A stretch of DNA of 64,000 nt. It comes from Pseudovirgaria hyperparasitica. Its lineage: Eukaryota. Shown here one piece after another: positions 45,415 through 59,176 of the stretch. Every line of letters starts with the position of its first letter. The stretch's first letter is position 1. Under the pieces are notes generated by a model, which did no database searches, was not told where the DNA came from, and saw only the letters and a program-made list of their open reading frames with translations. Where the stretch lies: NCBI GenBank assembly GCA_010093815.1, contig ML996571.1. One strand, 5' to 3'. Made by a program: the position numbers and the translations under genes.

Positions 45415-48369
45415 ATGGCTACTCAACCTTCAGTCACGATGGACACTCTCATCACCATCAAGGTAGCCTTGGAAGGAAGTAACAGAAGATTCAAAATCCC
45501 TCTCAAGGACCTCGGAGCCAACGTCTTAGAGAATAAGGTATGTCACCCTCTTTCTTCCCAGTCATATGAGATAAGGTTGCCCCAAGTGCATGTAAGGGCT
45601 TGCTGGAGACACTCGATGGCTACTACCACCCTTCTTCATACTGTTCATATTCTCGCGTAGAGGTCTGTTTGCAGTATTACATCTGAGTGCTGGTCGCCAG
45701 TGCTACCTTTTACGCCTATCATCGCGCCTCGTTGCCTTGCGTTCTTCGGCCATCTTAAACCTATAGCTGACGAAATACTATAGCTTCGAGCTGGCCTTGC
45801 TATTCCTACGAATCAAAAGGTTGTCTTTGAGCGCTTTTCTGATAGTGCTGGTGCCTACGTCATCCTTGACCCTTCCAATACCCAAGTCTATAAAACTTTG
45901 TTCCGCGCGGCGAAGGCCAAGCTCAAGCTCCGCTTGAAAGCGACCATTGTTACCAAGAACGACACGGCTTCGCCTGCAGCAGTTGAAACGAACCCCACGG
46001 TTGGGACAAATACCTCCTTGCCATTAGATCTCAATGGAATGAGCCTGAGCCTGAAGCAGGCTAGGCCATGCGAGCCTGAAGCACCCTCGACTACTGCGGC
46101 TACAGAGGCCATCGAGGATAAGAAACAAGTTTCAAGACCGCAAAGCTATGTAACCTCAGGACTTCAGACACAACTTGCCTTCCGTGCCAAGGACACGACC
46201 GTAGCCTCTCCGTCCTGTGCCTGGTCAGTCTATTGCAACCAGTGCGACAAGCCCATGTCGAACGAATATTTCCACTGCAGCATCTGCGATGACGGCGATT
46301 ATGACCTTTGCGTCACATGCAATGAAACTGGATTTCATTGCCGCGATGCCAGCCACTGGCTAGTCAAGAGATTTGTCCAGAACGGCCAAGTTGTCAATAG
46401 CACCTCAGAGAGAGTTGCGCCACAAGTGTCGGCTCCGGCTCCAACAGGCCAGAAGATTCATATTCAGGAAAAGCAGCCTACGGTCATGCAGACGGACTTG
46501 CTATCGCGAACCTGCAACTCTTGTATCAATATACTTCCGGAGTCAGAGTTTGTCACTTGCAAGGATTGTGAAGACTACGACCTTTGCATTCCTTGCCATG
46601 TAGCAGCAAGGCATGGTCACCACCCAGGCCATACCTTTATCCCTGCTACTAAAGAAACCATGATTGGTCCGCTCGCAGAGTTCTTGTGCAGCGCTGGCAG
46701 GAATGTACGTCACGCCGCTGTATGTGATGGTTGCGACAAGTATATCTATGGTATTCGTCACAAATGTCTCCACTGCCCAGACTGGGATTACTGCTCCAAG
46801 TGCGTCAAAGCCGCTAGATTCAATCATCCATCGCATCGATTTGTACCAATCTACGACCCCCTTCCAGAACCTCGTTCGATGCCAGTGAGACACCATGGCA
46901 TCTTCTGTGACGGCCCTCTTTGCAAGGACAGGAAAAGCGGAGAGTACATCGAAGGGGTTCGCTACAAATGTGCTGTATGCAACGATACTGACTTCTGCGC
47001 AAATTGTGAAGCTGCTCCATGCAACAGGCATAACCGAACACATCCTCTCCTCAAGTTCAAGACACCTGTCCGCAATGTCAGTGTGACTACTATGGGCGAA
47101 GATAGGCAAGGATCCGCCATGACTATCATGGGAGATCACAAAGCGAGTGGCACGCGCAGATCTGCGTCCACTGAAACTGTTACTGTCCCTTCAACAAATG
47201 CTGCCACTCAGGTCCAGACAGTCATTGACTTCAAACCGCGCGAGGTACCCATCCTCAAGCAAGAGCAGGCCAATATGAATGATCTTCTGGCGGAGCCAAT
47301 CCAGGAGAAGGATCAAGTTCAAAATTTGATGACAACGTCTCTTACGCAGGCTCCTTCAGTAGAGACCATCGATTCACTCGAATTGGTAGCTCACTTCGTG
47401 CGCGATACCGTCCCTGATGGAACTAAGATACTTCCTGGGGCACTGTTCACTCAAGTGTGGACCTTGCAGAACCCCGGTCCTCATCCGTGGCCTGCTGGTT
47501 GCAGTGTTCGTTACGTAGGTGGAGACAACATGCTGAATGTTGACGACAATCACCCGTCCAGTGCAACAGAGATTAACGAGGCTACTGAGAGTAATGTAAT
47601 TCAGCGCCTGGTCCAGGTCGGTGAGGAGGTCTCGTTCCGAGTTCTCATGAAGGCACCAAAACGCCAGGGTATCGCCATTTCATACTGGCGTCTCAAGGCC
47701 ATGGATGGAACGCCATTCGGGCATCGCTTATGGTGTCATATCGACAGCACGAGCAATACTCCGGCCAAAGCCACCAGCAGCACAAAGTCTGGAAATCCTT
47801 CGCATCCAGATAGTCGGTTCTATTCCCCCCAACAGCAACTTCTGACACATCATCAGCAACTTCTAAAGCTGCAGGCGCAAGCCATAAAAAGACGCCAGGA
47901 GGCTGAGGATGAACAACAGAAGTCTCGTCAACAAGAAGCCACTCTGATCGAGGCTAACCTGAAGCGTCATGCTGAAGTGCGCGCTGAAGCTATCGAGAGT
48001 ATGCGTCGCGCAGCCGAGCTCATGGACGCGGAACTGGAACGGTCATCCCCCTACACAGTAGAAGAGAAGCCGCCGGTCAAAGTCGCCACGGAATACGCAA
48101 AGTCTTTTGAACAGAGAGGCTCAATGATATTTCCCCAACTTGACAAAGAGTCTCCAATATCTAGCCTGCACGAGGCGGTCACTGCTCTGCAATCACACGC
48201 TTCCACTGAACAAATCGAAACGGAGACAATCCAATCACCCAGTGTCCAGAGCGACGTTGACTTTTTTGAGGACGCGGAGACCATCGAGTACTCGGAAACT
48301 TCGGACGAGGGCTTTGCCACCGATGAAGAATACGAGATATTAGACGCTAGCGATCATGAACTTCATTAG
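45415..48369 (+). CDS. NBR1: Nbr1-like selective autophagy receptor (PB1-like, four ZZ fingers, FW domain, C-terminal AIM); intron 45538-45783
   Basis: ITIKV...RRFKIPL N-terminus, four ZZ-type Cys arrays, FVRDTVPDG..WTLQNPG..WP..YWRL..FGHRLW FW domain, acidic tail ending DEEYEIL. Confidence 0.88.
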
Positions 48370-48741
48370 GTAGCAGGCAGAAGCTAACATACGTATGGAC
48401 AACTCAATCTTGCTCCCCTACGCCCGCCCACTTCTTTCTGTAGAAGTCTGAGGTGCCCGGAAGGGCAAAGGCGCGGCAAAATCTAATATGTCTAACCGGA
48501 TTTTTCAAGGTTTCTTCCGCTTTAGTATGTTATTTTATGTGTAAGGGTTATGGTGTCGGACGGGGGACGGCATAGGACACTCCTTTGAGAAATTAGACTA
48601 ATGTTTAGGAGCAGAGGCTTTCCACTCTCTTGAAAGCTTGTGGTGCAGGTGAACACTTAGCGTTTGCTTCAGCTAATTCCTTTATGTTACCTCAAATTCG
48701 ACTAAAGTAAATAAGATTATTCGATATTTTGTACGTGTGTA

Positions 48742-48772
48742 TGCTGCTGCTGCTGCTGCTGCTGCTACTGCT
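48742..48772. repeat. (TGC)n microsatellite
   Basis: About ten TGC units with one variant. Confidence 0.85.
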
Positions 48773-48967
48773 GTGTGTGTAGTGTTCTCGTGTGCGTTGA
48801 GCGGGTGACGAGCTTTGTCTTGGCAGTTTCGATTCCGACTTATACCTAACTGCCCAGATATTGGTTCAGGAACAACACCTACGGCCCTAATCTACAATAA
48901 CAACTCACGTCCATACTCTTTGGTCACGCCAGATTATACCGTGCTGTCTACATCGCCTCTTGATCAA

Positions 48968-50281
48968 ATGCTCCGAAACTTTCGAATATTGCGCAGACGC
49001 CTGACATCAACCTCATCGAGTAGTATCACCAAATCAAACATGACAGACCAAGCACGCATATTTCGGCCTCTCAGAGATGATTCCGATAAGAAAGATGGTG
49101 TGGTACTGAGGGGCATCATTTTTGATGTTGACGGGACACTTTGTAAGTCTGCTTCAGTCGTCTCCGAAGGTTGTTGGGTATCGAGCGGATTGGTTGGGCT
49201 ATCCGTATGAGAACCAGCCATAATGTTTCACTCTAAGGTTATTGTGGCGATAGGAGAAGGACTGGTCTGCTCTGAAAGAGAGACGGCTGATCTGCGTTGT
49301 TTGCATAGGCTTGCCGCAGAACTACATGTTTGGGCAGATGCGGTATGTTAAGTTTTTCGAAGTCCACCGTTCCATTCGCACCGACAGCATGTACGACTAT
49401 CCATTTACTTCAGTGTTCATATAACCTATGTAGTCACTCCTTCTGCTCATCTTTGCTTTCTCACAACTGGGCTGATCACGGCAAGCGCCGCCCTCAAAAT
49501 CGACAAATCCGTCGATATCCTCGAGCACATTTTCTCACTCCCACAGCCCGAACAAGACGCTGCACAAGATGCGATCAAATCAATCGAGCGCGAGGCCATG
49601 GCACTGCAGCAGCCACAGGAAGGTGTGGTCGAGCTCATGGAGTATTTGCAAGCAAAGGGGTTGAGAAAGGGTATATGCACGAGGAACTTCAAGTATGAAT
49701 TCCCAAACCTTGTACTAGGAGGGTTCGGTTCGGGGTTGAGAATCTGACCTTCCTGCGCTCTGCATTGCGGTGCTGATGTTTCCAGTGCACCCGTGGACCA
49801 TCTCCTTTCAAAGTTTCTCCCAGGACACACTATGGATCTGATCATAACGCGCTCGTTCTACCCACCAAAACCCGATCCTGCCGGAATTCTGCATATTGCA
49901 AACGTGTGGGCGGAGACTGATGGGTGGAGTATGCCTACTGCGTCACAACGGGACCCTATTCTAACTCCGGTCGTCCCTCGGACCCCGACTTTAACGCATC
50001 ATCCCCGTCAATCCCAGACCTCCACCGTGACTTCCGCCGTACCAACACCAAAAAGTGTCCAACAAGGGGAGAGGCTGGATGTGATCATGGTGGGCGATAG
50101 TATTGACGATATGACGGCGGGATATCGGGCTGGCGCAGCGACAGTGTTATTGATCAATCGGGAAAATGAACATTTGGCGGATCATGAGCATACGGATGTG
50201 GTGGTGAAGAAATTGAGTGATTTAATTGAGATTCTAGAGGCAGGGTTTAGAGGGAAGACCAAAAGGTCTGGGCAAGTTTGA
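48968..50281 (+). CDS. HAD-superfamily hydrolase (YOR131C-like); introns 49143-49308, 49343-49485, 49693-49785
   Basis: Motif I FDVDGTL|CLPQNYMF, motif II ICTRN, PPKPDPAGILHIA, motif IV MVGDSIDDM. Confidence 0.9.
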
Positions 50282-50939
50282 GGGCGTAGGTGTGTAGATA
50301 CAGTGAGGAAAATAAATCTGGACAACAATCTGGACAGACTTCGCTGCCCGAAACGTGCCTGATATGTCCCCAGACTGATTTTCTAATACTGTAGATAGAA
50401 TCGACGGTTATAGCATAGCTGGCGTGTGTCATGAAACTTCCCTGTCTGTGTCTATACCCATGCAGGGAAACTTTCTGCATCTTTCCTGGCATCCATGTGT
50501 GGCCCTACAAGTCCTTGCGTCTCTGCATATATGACCATGTGCGGTCATCGGTCCCAAATAGTCCGAGCACCCCGGTGCTTGTCTCTTTAGGATCAAAGAA
50601 CGGCGCCTGGACTCTTACGCTGGCCTTTACAGGCCTGCAAGCGATGTACTTCTAGGCGGCCACCCGTACTGTCGGGACTGGCCTTGGGATGAACAGCGTA
50701 ATCATGCATGATGACTGCGTGCATGATGACTGTGTAAGGACGAGTATGTGATGCAGATTTGCCAGGTTTCGGGCGATTCTCCGAGGAGTCACTAGTGCCA
50801 CCACGAGCCAGTATTTGCCTTGCGGTTAGATATCTATCTGCAAGGGAGTGTGTGTGCAGATGATACTCTGTCTGGTGTTACGAATGTCCCTGGCTCCTCC
50901 CAACGCTATAAGTGCGCGATTAGGGCATGCTGTATATTA

Positions 50940-52683
50940 TTACCATGTGACAAATCGCTTCACCCCTGGCTTGTTCAATTTATGCTCTGCTGTCGTCCTC
51001 ATCTCTGCTTCCGCTTGCCTCGGCCCTGTATAATGGATCGCCACGCCCTTGATGCGGCATTCTTCCGGGATATCCTTCGCACACGTGACGGGGCCTGGCA
51101 CAGCATCCTCTTCCAGACACATGCATTCAAAGGCGAGACGGGCAGCCAAGACGCCGTCCCAGAGGCCCTCCCGCCGTGGATAGTGCAGCATCAGTCCGAG
51201 GGCTTTTCTGCGAAGGAGTGGTTCTCTACAGCGTGCGGCGACGAGATATAGCGGGAAGACGACGCCGAAGCGGCAGGAGAAGGAAGGAGGGCGTTTTGAT
51301 ATGTCCATGATGCGTCGTGCCTCGGCGCAGTATTCGTCACATTCGTTCGGATACTGCTCTCGGATGCCCGGCGTGCAGAAGACTGTTGCCGCGAGCTCGT
51401 CCACGCAGGTCTCGCCGAGGATTCGGGCTGCACAGTCTACGATCGACGTGAATGAGGGTACAACGTTATCCCATGCCACTTCGCCGTACATGGGACTCTG
51501 CGAGAGTATAGCGAGTGTGGATGACGCGATGCTGCGATAAAGCCGGAGCATTGAGACCGTTTTCTTCTGCCGAAAGTCCAGGTTGTGCAGCTCCTTATCT
51601 ACATATGATTCCAGCGCGAGACCGAATTTGCGAAATCGTGCAGAAAAGTCTTTGTGCTTGTCTATTGCCAAGCGTACGAGCTCCTGACTTGGAGGTGTAT
51701 GTGAGATCTCCTGAAGCGAACTCAGAAGCCCGTTGAAGTTTGCCTCTGAGCATGCTTCTGCCTCGGCGAGTGAATGGAATATCTCAGGGGGTTCCTGTGG
51801 GTTGACTGCCGCTCCCGGTAATGTGATCCAGTCTTTGAGATTGACGTCCGGAAGGAGGGCTCGTGCCATACTATCCAGCCCAATAAATGCACCCCGTATC
51901 GACCCTACCGTCAAAGGATGGCTCTCGAAAGAAGGTGATTGACCTGTCTGCATCTCCGCGAGCATATACAAAGCGTGACGTAAATGAGCCAACCCAGTCG
52001 CCTGGTGGCCCTGTAAGCATGCGAATGAGAAGTACAGCATACAGAGTGTCAGCATAGTCTCTATTTCTGCCTTTACGACTGTCTGTTGCCTTATATGAGT
52101 TAAAGATTGATTGCATTGCTGCAAGGCGAAACGAATCTGCAGATCTGAAGGATCATCTGGAACTACGGTCGTATGCCCAGACAGAAATTTCTGATGCATC
52201 GCTCCTAATGCGGTCAGAGCATGTCGAATTTCAGGCCGGAACTGAGAGGCCTGAAGAGTGCCATTGACGAAAACAGAAGAGTCGAAGAAACCCGTGAACT
52301 CGCATGCTGTATGGACTTGAAAGAAGTGGAAAAATTCACGCTCCTCGGCAGTTCCGATCAGGAGACTGGGATCCTCGATCAATAATCGAACAGGAGAAGC
52401 AGAAGAAGACTTTCGAGTCAGTGCATCCTGGACCTCATAACCGTCGCATTGGCGACCAGTGGATACACATCGTCGACAGAACGGTTTGGCTTCATCACAC
52501 TTGATTCTCCGGACCCTGCAAAGGATCAGCATCCGCGAAAGGCCATGTATCGGCTAGAATAGTACGCGGGATGCGGCGTTCGATGAATCTGTCGCTCACA
52601 TACCTGCAAGTTCTGCATCCTGTCTTAGTCTTTGGCTTCCAAGTCTTGACCCTTTTGCGATTGTCTTCATGAGCCGCTCTCAT
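50940..52683 (-). CDS. Zn(II)2Cys6 transcription factor with C-terminal fungal TF domain; intron 52603-52516
   Basis: Spliced KTKTGCRTCR|VRRIKCDEAKPFCRRCVSTGRQCDGY; C-terminal RCREPLLRRKAL..PRREGLWD motif. Confidence 0.92.
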
Positions 52684-52994
52684 GGTCAGCACAAGAGAAC
52701 AAGTCCGTACGAAGTGTCTGTAGTGACCAGTGATGACGCGAGCAGATCAGTAAGCGGTAGGATGTTAAATTAGTGGGCATTCAAAGCATGACCTCAGCAT
52801 GGCATGATGCTGTGTATGTTGGGACGATGCTGCATGGTGTGACAAGTTGACAACTCGGCACGATAAAGCAGCGAGATGGGCGGCCAAGTGTAGTAGACGT
52901 TATGGGGGCGGTAGAACAGTAGGCTGCACTATTGACAGTCGGGTTGAAGACTGTTGTATCGTTTGGTGTGATATTGTGTAGTTGTATGAGAGCA

Positions 52995-53024
52995 ACAGCA
53001 TCAGCATCAGCATCAGCATCAGCA
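52995..53024. repeat. (CAGCAT)n hexanucleotide repeat upstream of the Zn2Cys6 gene
   Basis: Four to five units seen directly. Confidence 0.8.
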
Positions 53025-55090
53025 GTAGGCTGCAATTATGGCCTTCTTCCATCCTGATCCGACGTTGGGGCTGAAAACGTCTAGCATGCTCATTGGTTAG
53101 CGCTGGCCGCTTGATCGACCTGAACGATCTCACCAATAGCAGCTGCAGCGTGACACGACACAGTTGGATCATACTTAATGATCATAATACACACCTAGGC
53201 AAATATACTCTCCTGCTCATAGCCATGGCTCAGCAAGTACTCTTAATTCGTCGGAAGTAGTACCCATTTTACTCAAATATCGTTGCATCTATGCTCGGCG
53301 TACTGGCAAGGTAAACAACACTATTCACCAGAAGCTCAGACCAGTCTCCCAGGTTCCCGTATGGAATACCAATGCACGGGAACTCTAGGGCTCAGATCTA
53401 TATCAGGGTACTTCGGCAAGAATCCGCACTGATGCTTTAGACGATCGACCAGGTAGATAAGCCAACCCACATCTACTACCTAGGTAATCCCAACGTATCT
53501 GAGCACATGCATTTCCTCCGGGGCGGTGTCTCTTGATACAACGAATTGAAATTCCACGTCGACCAATCTTGGCATTCTCTTTTTTCTTTTCGGAAAAATT
53601 TCCGCGTGTTATATATATAGCCACTTCAGCAAAGCGAGCCTTCTGAGAGTCTTTGCCTTATGGCTTGCACGTAAGTCACGATACTTTCTAAAGGCTGATA
53701 TTCCGGGAGTTCATCCTGGGCAAAGAAAAGGAACACGTTACTTGGCAGCACTTCTCAATGTCGATCACAGGGTAATGCTTCAGTATACTGGCCGCGTATC
53801 CATGCCACGTCGATTTGACGAGTCACACCTATGAGGGTACGACGTTCGGACGAGATACGTTCGAAAGTGAGCAGCACGGCAGAATCAAGACATCGTTCGA
53901 AGGGAGGACATTGCTCCACCCAGACGTGAGCATATATACAATCGGATACAATCCAAGGGCCTAGATTAGGATTGTATGATTAGTCACTCTAGAAGTACAG
54001 ATTCAGGTTACAATCTATGCCAAGGGATGAGCTTATACCGTCTTGGCAATTATCTCGAGGCGTGGATTGAGCTTGTATTCTCTATCAAAATTTTGGCCCA
54101 GATTGAGACTGCACAGATTAGGATTGCATATGCCCATCTCTGGCTCCACCGTGATTGGTGTTATAAGATTAGCACAACCAAAGCAGGAGAAGAGAAACCT
54201 GTATGACGTAAGACTTAAGACTGTTTTCCATGTCTTTACTAAACACAACAGAATTCCTCTCTATAATTAGTGCCTTGGTAGTATTGATGTGCCGTACGAC
54301 TTCACGCTCTAGGATTTCTGGTTGAACGCTACCATTGTGCGATGTCCATACATTGCCTCGAGACCCCATACCAAACAAGTGAAGTTTAAGAACGTTTCCA
54401 ATATGTCATGGATCTGAGGCGGTACAAAGGGTTGTTGCATGATAGGTGGGAAGGCGACAATACCTATCGTAACCGTAGGACCGGACCCCGAAATCATGCT
54501 CACCCTCTCCATCATTTTGGAACACCAGGCCCTGCAATACACACAGCCAAGACGTGTCTACGCAGAACAAGTGTCGTCCTGACCTCCCAAGATCACTACA
54601 GACACCAGTGATCCAAATAGCGTATTCTGCAGTGCTGCTTAGACCTGCGCACTGATACTCAACGATAAAGGGGTAAATAACATCAGGACAGTCACGAAAG
54701 GATCTACAACCTGAACTAATTTGTTATGCAATCCAAGTATTGACTTGTCATTGATCATCATTTATACATCGTAAATAGGCCGCTCCAACGCCAGTTCAAC
54801 TGCAATCCACATGAAAGGAAGAGAAAGCAAGAACGGAATGACTTTAAGAGAAATGGCTTGCTGAAACCGCAGGCAAGAACGCCGAGGACCGACTCCACAC
54901 ACCTGACACATACAGGAATAAGATTAACTCCGCAAATGTAGACTGTGAACGTTCTCCATGAAGATCAAGACTCCACGCCATGAATAAGACAAAACGGCTG
55001 TCTATGCACAAGTACCAACCAGTAATGCGGGCAGGACGAAGCAGGGGAAATGGTTCACGATAGTGTAGACGACCAAAGAACATGTGACTG

Positions 55091-57130
55091 TCACCGCGAT
55101 TTGGAGCTGGCCAGTGTTCCAACGCTTCCAACCCTCCCGCTGGTCTTTCGTACTCCATTCTTAGTGTCGGTGGTACTTCGCCGGATGGGGCTTCGTTGCT
55201 TGCCTACCGTTATCGCGCTTGCTCCACTGCCACTCTTCGTGCTACCTGGTGTCTTAGGTCTGGCATTGACACCTTGATTTTCGACGTCGCTTTCACCACC
55301 AGTCATATATGTCGTAGATGTAGTCATGGTGGTAGTGCAGCTAATAGCGCGTCTTTTCGATGACGACTGCATTGGCGATCGCGAAGTATTCCTCCGCATC
55401 ATGCGGAGCTGGAATTCTTCCTCTGATTCTGAATCACCCTGAGTGTGACGTGACATGGTAACTACTTCGGTATCAGGGTGAACAAATGGCTCATTTTCTG
55501 AACGACGCATTGGTGAGTTGTGCCTTGAGCTCGGTCCGTACACCTTGCTGGTCTTTCGTGGCTGGCCAGGCGTTGGCGCAGGTAAATTGTCCTCGGCTAC
55601 ATCTATGGCGCCGCCAGATGATTGATCGTTTGACGTTATCTCGCCTAGTGCGGACCGCTTTGATCCTCCGTTCGGAGGTGTGAATGTCTGACCATTGCTA
55701 GCAAGGCGTTGCTTATGTTTCGTAGGAGTCGAAGGAGCCATAGCTCGAAGCTTTTCCTTCATCGAGTCTTCGAACCACCACTCTCGGAACACTCCCTGCT
55801 TAAGGTGGAGCCAGTGTTGCTGGGGGCCGACCACCATCCCTGGACGCATGAATCTCATGAACGCAATCACTTCGTTTGCTGTGAAACCGTGTCTGTATAT
55901 GAGGTACGCGCCGATTAGACAACCCGTGCGGCCGAGACCGGCTTTGCAATGCACAGCGATGCCTTTATTGTTCGCAATCATCTCGTGAGCCATGTTCACA
56001 AATTTCCTGACCAAGCCCAAGGGAGGACAGGTCCCGTCATCAAATATCATATCGAGGTGCTGAATCCCAAGTGCAGTGAAGTACGATGGACAGTAGAGTT
56101 CAGAGTTTAGACGAACTACAAGGCCGATGTTGCGCGCCGAGAAATGAGATAAGACGTTCTTGAATGGAGTTGGTAATTTCGATTTCTGGACCTCTGCGAT
56201 ACTGGAAGGGAGAGCAGCAAACAATGGCGAGGTGGTAGGGATCGGTGCAATGGGTTGATGTTGTGGCGATGCAAATGCGAGGAAGTTGGGAGTTAACCAG
56301 TTGAAGTCGCCCATGTCGACGCGTTCATACTTCTCATATCTGCAGCGACATCAGTTTGCGACCTCGTAAGTGCGCTAGGGACTCACTCTTCAAGGCTAAA
56401 ATCTTTCAGACCGACCAGTCCCTCCTCTTTTGCCTTCCAGACACCGTACACGATGTCCTGTATGTTTAGAGTGAAGTCAGCTTGACTATAACCTGCATCC
56501 CTGAAAGGCATGCAGGGTGGTTCCATCTGCGCAATGGGCGCAAGTGCTAGATGTGGTGGCCAGGCTTGAATCATAACCATGTAACATGCAAGGATACAGG
56601 CAGCATTTGCACGACCTTAAAATAATCAGTGTATAGCCCATGGATTTCGTGAAATGGGAACGTACTCCTTGAGTCAGCGTGGCACCAGAAGACAACGCTT
56701 CTCTCCTCATTCGCAGGGTCACCAAGCACCTCATGTAACTGTACCGCGAAACGATAGAGATGGCCAATGTGTAGCGGACCGAAGTCATGATAGAAAGCAT
56801 TGTATAGGAGCGTGCGATCTATAGAGAAGTATACAGGAGGGCTGGCCTTTGACGGGCTGGCTGCGGCGGTCGGGCCTCCCTGTGCCTTCGTTGAGCGCTT
56901 CGATGGCGAGCGGCTCTCTTTCACGGGGTAGGGGAACGGGGTATGCGCATTTGGAGGATGGGTATAGGAGGCGAGATAGAGCCGATCTAAGTTCCATCGA
57001 TTAGTATATTGTGTTAACCAACAGCGCGCTTCTGCCTTATACCTTGAATGTATTCGATGACCTGTCCGTAGCTAGTGCTTCCGGTTGGAACTCGTTCCGA
57101 CTGCGATCGCGAATGGCCCGGAGAGGGCAT
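55091..57130 (-). CDS. CDC14: Dual-specificity phosphatase Cdc14; introns 57042-56987, 56665-56616, 56386-56340
   Basis: IEYIQ|DRLYLA, DFGPLHIGHLYRF, PFRDAGYS, catalytic HCKAGLGRTG, RPGMVVGPQQ and the conserved fungal PGQPRK motif. Confidence 0.97.
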
Positions 57131-57602
57131 TGTATATGTGATGATGTCTGAAGTTTTTTAAGAACTGATGGCACCTCTGTAGTGTCTCAAAATGCGATGA
57201 GCTGTCCCTAGTGGTGCGCCGACGACGATGAAAACGAAGACGATAATGAATAGTAGTGATGCACCAGAAGGCAATCTCAATGCACACAGAGCCACAGCGC
57301 GCAATAAGAAATAGAGTAATGATGTCTTGCTGCTGTTGTTGTCGTTATTGTTGTTGTTGACTGTGACAGACGTGCTCGGGAGGGAGTTAGAGGTTAAAGT
57401 ATGCCTGAGCATCTAGTGTTTTGATGTTTACAGCCCGCTAGCGCATCCCGTGTTTTGCGCTTGGGCCGACCCTTGAAGTAGTGGGCCCAAGTTTTGGCTG
57501 TTGTCATGAGAACGGCCCTGAACAGGCGTCGCCACGTACCGTCGTGGATTTACTGCAGGCCTTGAACATTATTCGGCATTCTGTCAACAAATAATTAGCA
57601 TC

Positions 57603-59176
57603 ATGATCAGACGTGGTAGATCTGAAGGATGGTTCAGCCTCTCTTGCACCGCCTGGCAGTCTTGGGCGTCTCTGAATGGCGTTACACTAAATGGCGCCTC
57701 CGTTGATAGAGTCGCTCACAAAGGATGTGCAGTCCTCGCAACCCAAGATCTAAGAGCTGCTGAGCATCACTACATTATGACCGTGCCCCGAGAACTTGTT
57801 GTGTCTCTCGAGAGCATTGAGATCCAAGCCAAGTCGGACAAACATCTGGCAGAGATTCTCGCAGCCCTGGGCTCATTCGGAAGGGTAAGCTCAAATTGTC
57901 CTTGGGTCCATGCACTGCATGCTCACGTCTAGTATTATTTCTTAATACCGACCATTTTATGCGTTGCGGCCCATAAGCTTACTGTATCAGACGACTCGAG
58001 GAGCTGTATTATGTAGTTTGCTCATGCAGGTCACAATCGCCTGTCCTGATGTTCCGAGAGGTGTTGGAGTCTCAACCCCATGCACAGATTATGTTAAATT
58101 TCTACCTGAGGAGCTGTTGCCAACATTCTGGAACGACGACGAATTGGAGCTGTTGAAAGGAACCTCGTTGCACATCGCAACACAAACTAAGATAAAAAGT
58201 CTGACTCGTGAGTTTCAGCAATTTCGCGACGCTACTCAGGAAATCGCCTGGTGCAAGGCGTATTGGTGGAAAGACAATGGTATGGCCTTCGATGACTGGA
58301 AACAAGTCGACGCGATGTATCGCTCTAGAGCCCTCGAGTTTCCCGGAATCGGAGACGCCATGGTTCCAGGAATTGACATGGCTAATCACGCGTCTGGAGA
58401 TGCGACAGGAGCGCTGTATGAGACAGATGAGAATGGTGACGCTGTGTTACAGCTGAAAGATGACGTAAAATTCCGAGACGGGGACGAGATTACCATCACG
58501 TATGGTGACGAGAAAGGCGCCTGCGAAATGATCTTCTCTTACGGGTTCATAGATGATGAGATGGGCTCTGCGAAAGTTATATTCTTAGAACTTAGCATTC
58601 CAGAAGATGATCCACTCAAGCCCGCGAAAGTCTTCGTAGCGACCTCGGCGCCGGGTTTCCGAGTGTTCGAAAATGCAGGTCAAGTCCTTTGGGAAGGTGA
58701 TTTCGTTTACATTGCCTGCGTCAACGAGGAGGATGGTTTAGAATTCAAGATTATACAAGCAAACAGCGGAGAACGGGAGCTTCAGTCGTTTTGGAAAGAA
58801 GTACAAATCACGGAGATGGAGTCCTTGAAAACTTACTTGCAGAATGACCCAATGTGGCATGTCTTTCAGCTTCGAGCTATCGTACTTCTACAAGGGCGGG
58901 TTAAAGAGCAACTCGAATTGTTGCAGCAGTCAGATTCAAGGACACGTGAGGAAATAGTAAGTGAGACCATCCGTGATGGGCCGAGGCGTATGGCTGCAAG
59001 GCTACGAGAGCTGGAGCTCGACCTGTTGGAGAGGGCATATGCAATGTTCGAAGAAAAGGTGAATGATTCACGATAAAACTGCATACACTTACCTTGGGCT
59101 GATCAACCTTCAGAAAACTGAAATGCTGGAGTCTCCTGTTGTCAAGAAATATCTTGGCCAGGAGGATGTCGACTAG
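57603..59176 (+). CDS. SET-domain protein-lysine methyltransferase (Efm1/Rkm/SETD6-like); introns 57884-57990, 59059-59113
   Basis: LPTFW..ELELLKGTSL, YRSRAL, PGIDMANH and EITITYG..K...MIFSYGF. Introns restore frame. Confidence 0.88.

Noticed and set aside
50706..50732. Tandem GCATGATGACTG duplication
   Set aside because: Only two copies in a convergent 3' intergenic region; no array or spacer structure.
53976..54611. Overlapping short ORFs that could be a decayed gene
   Set aside because: No family motif could be identified in any frame.
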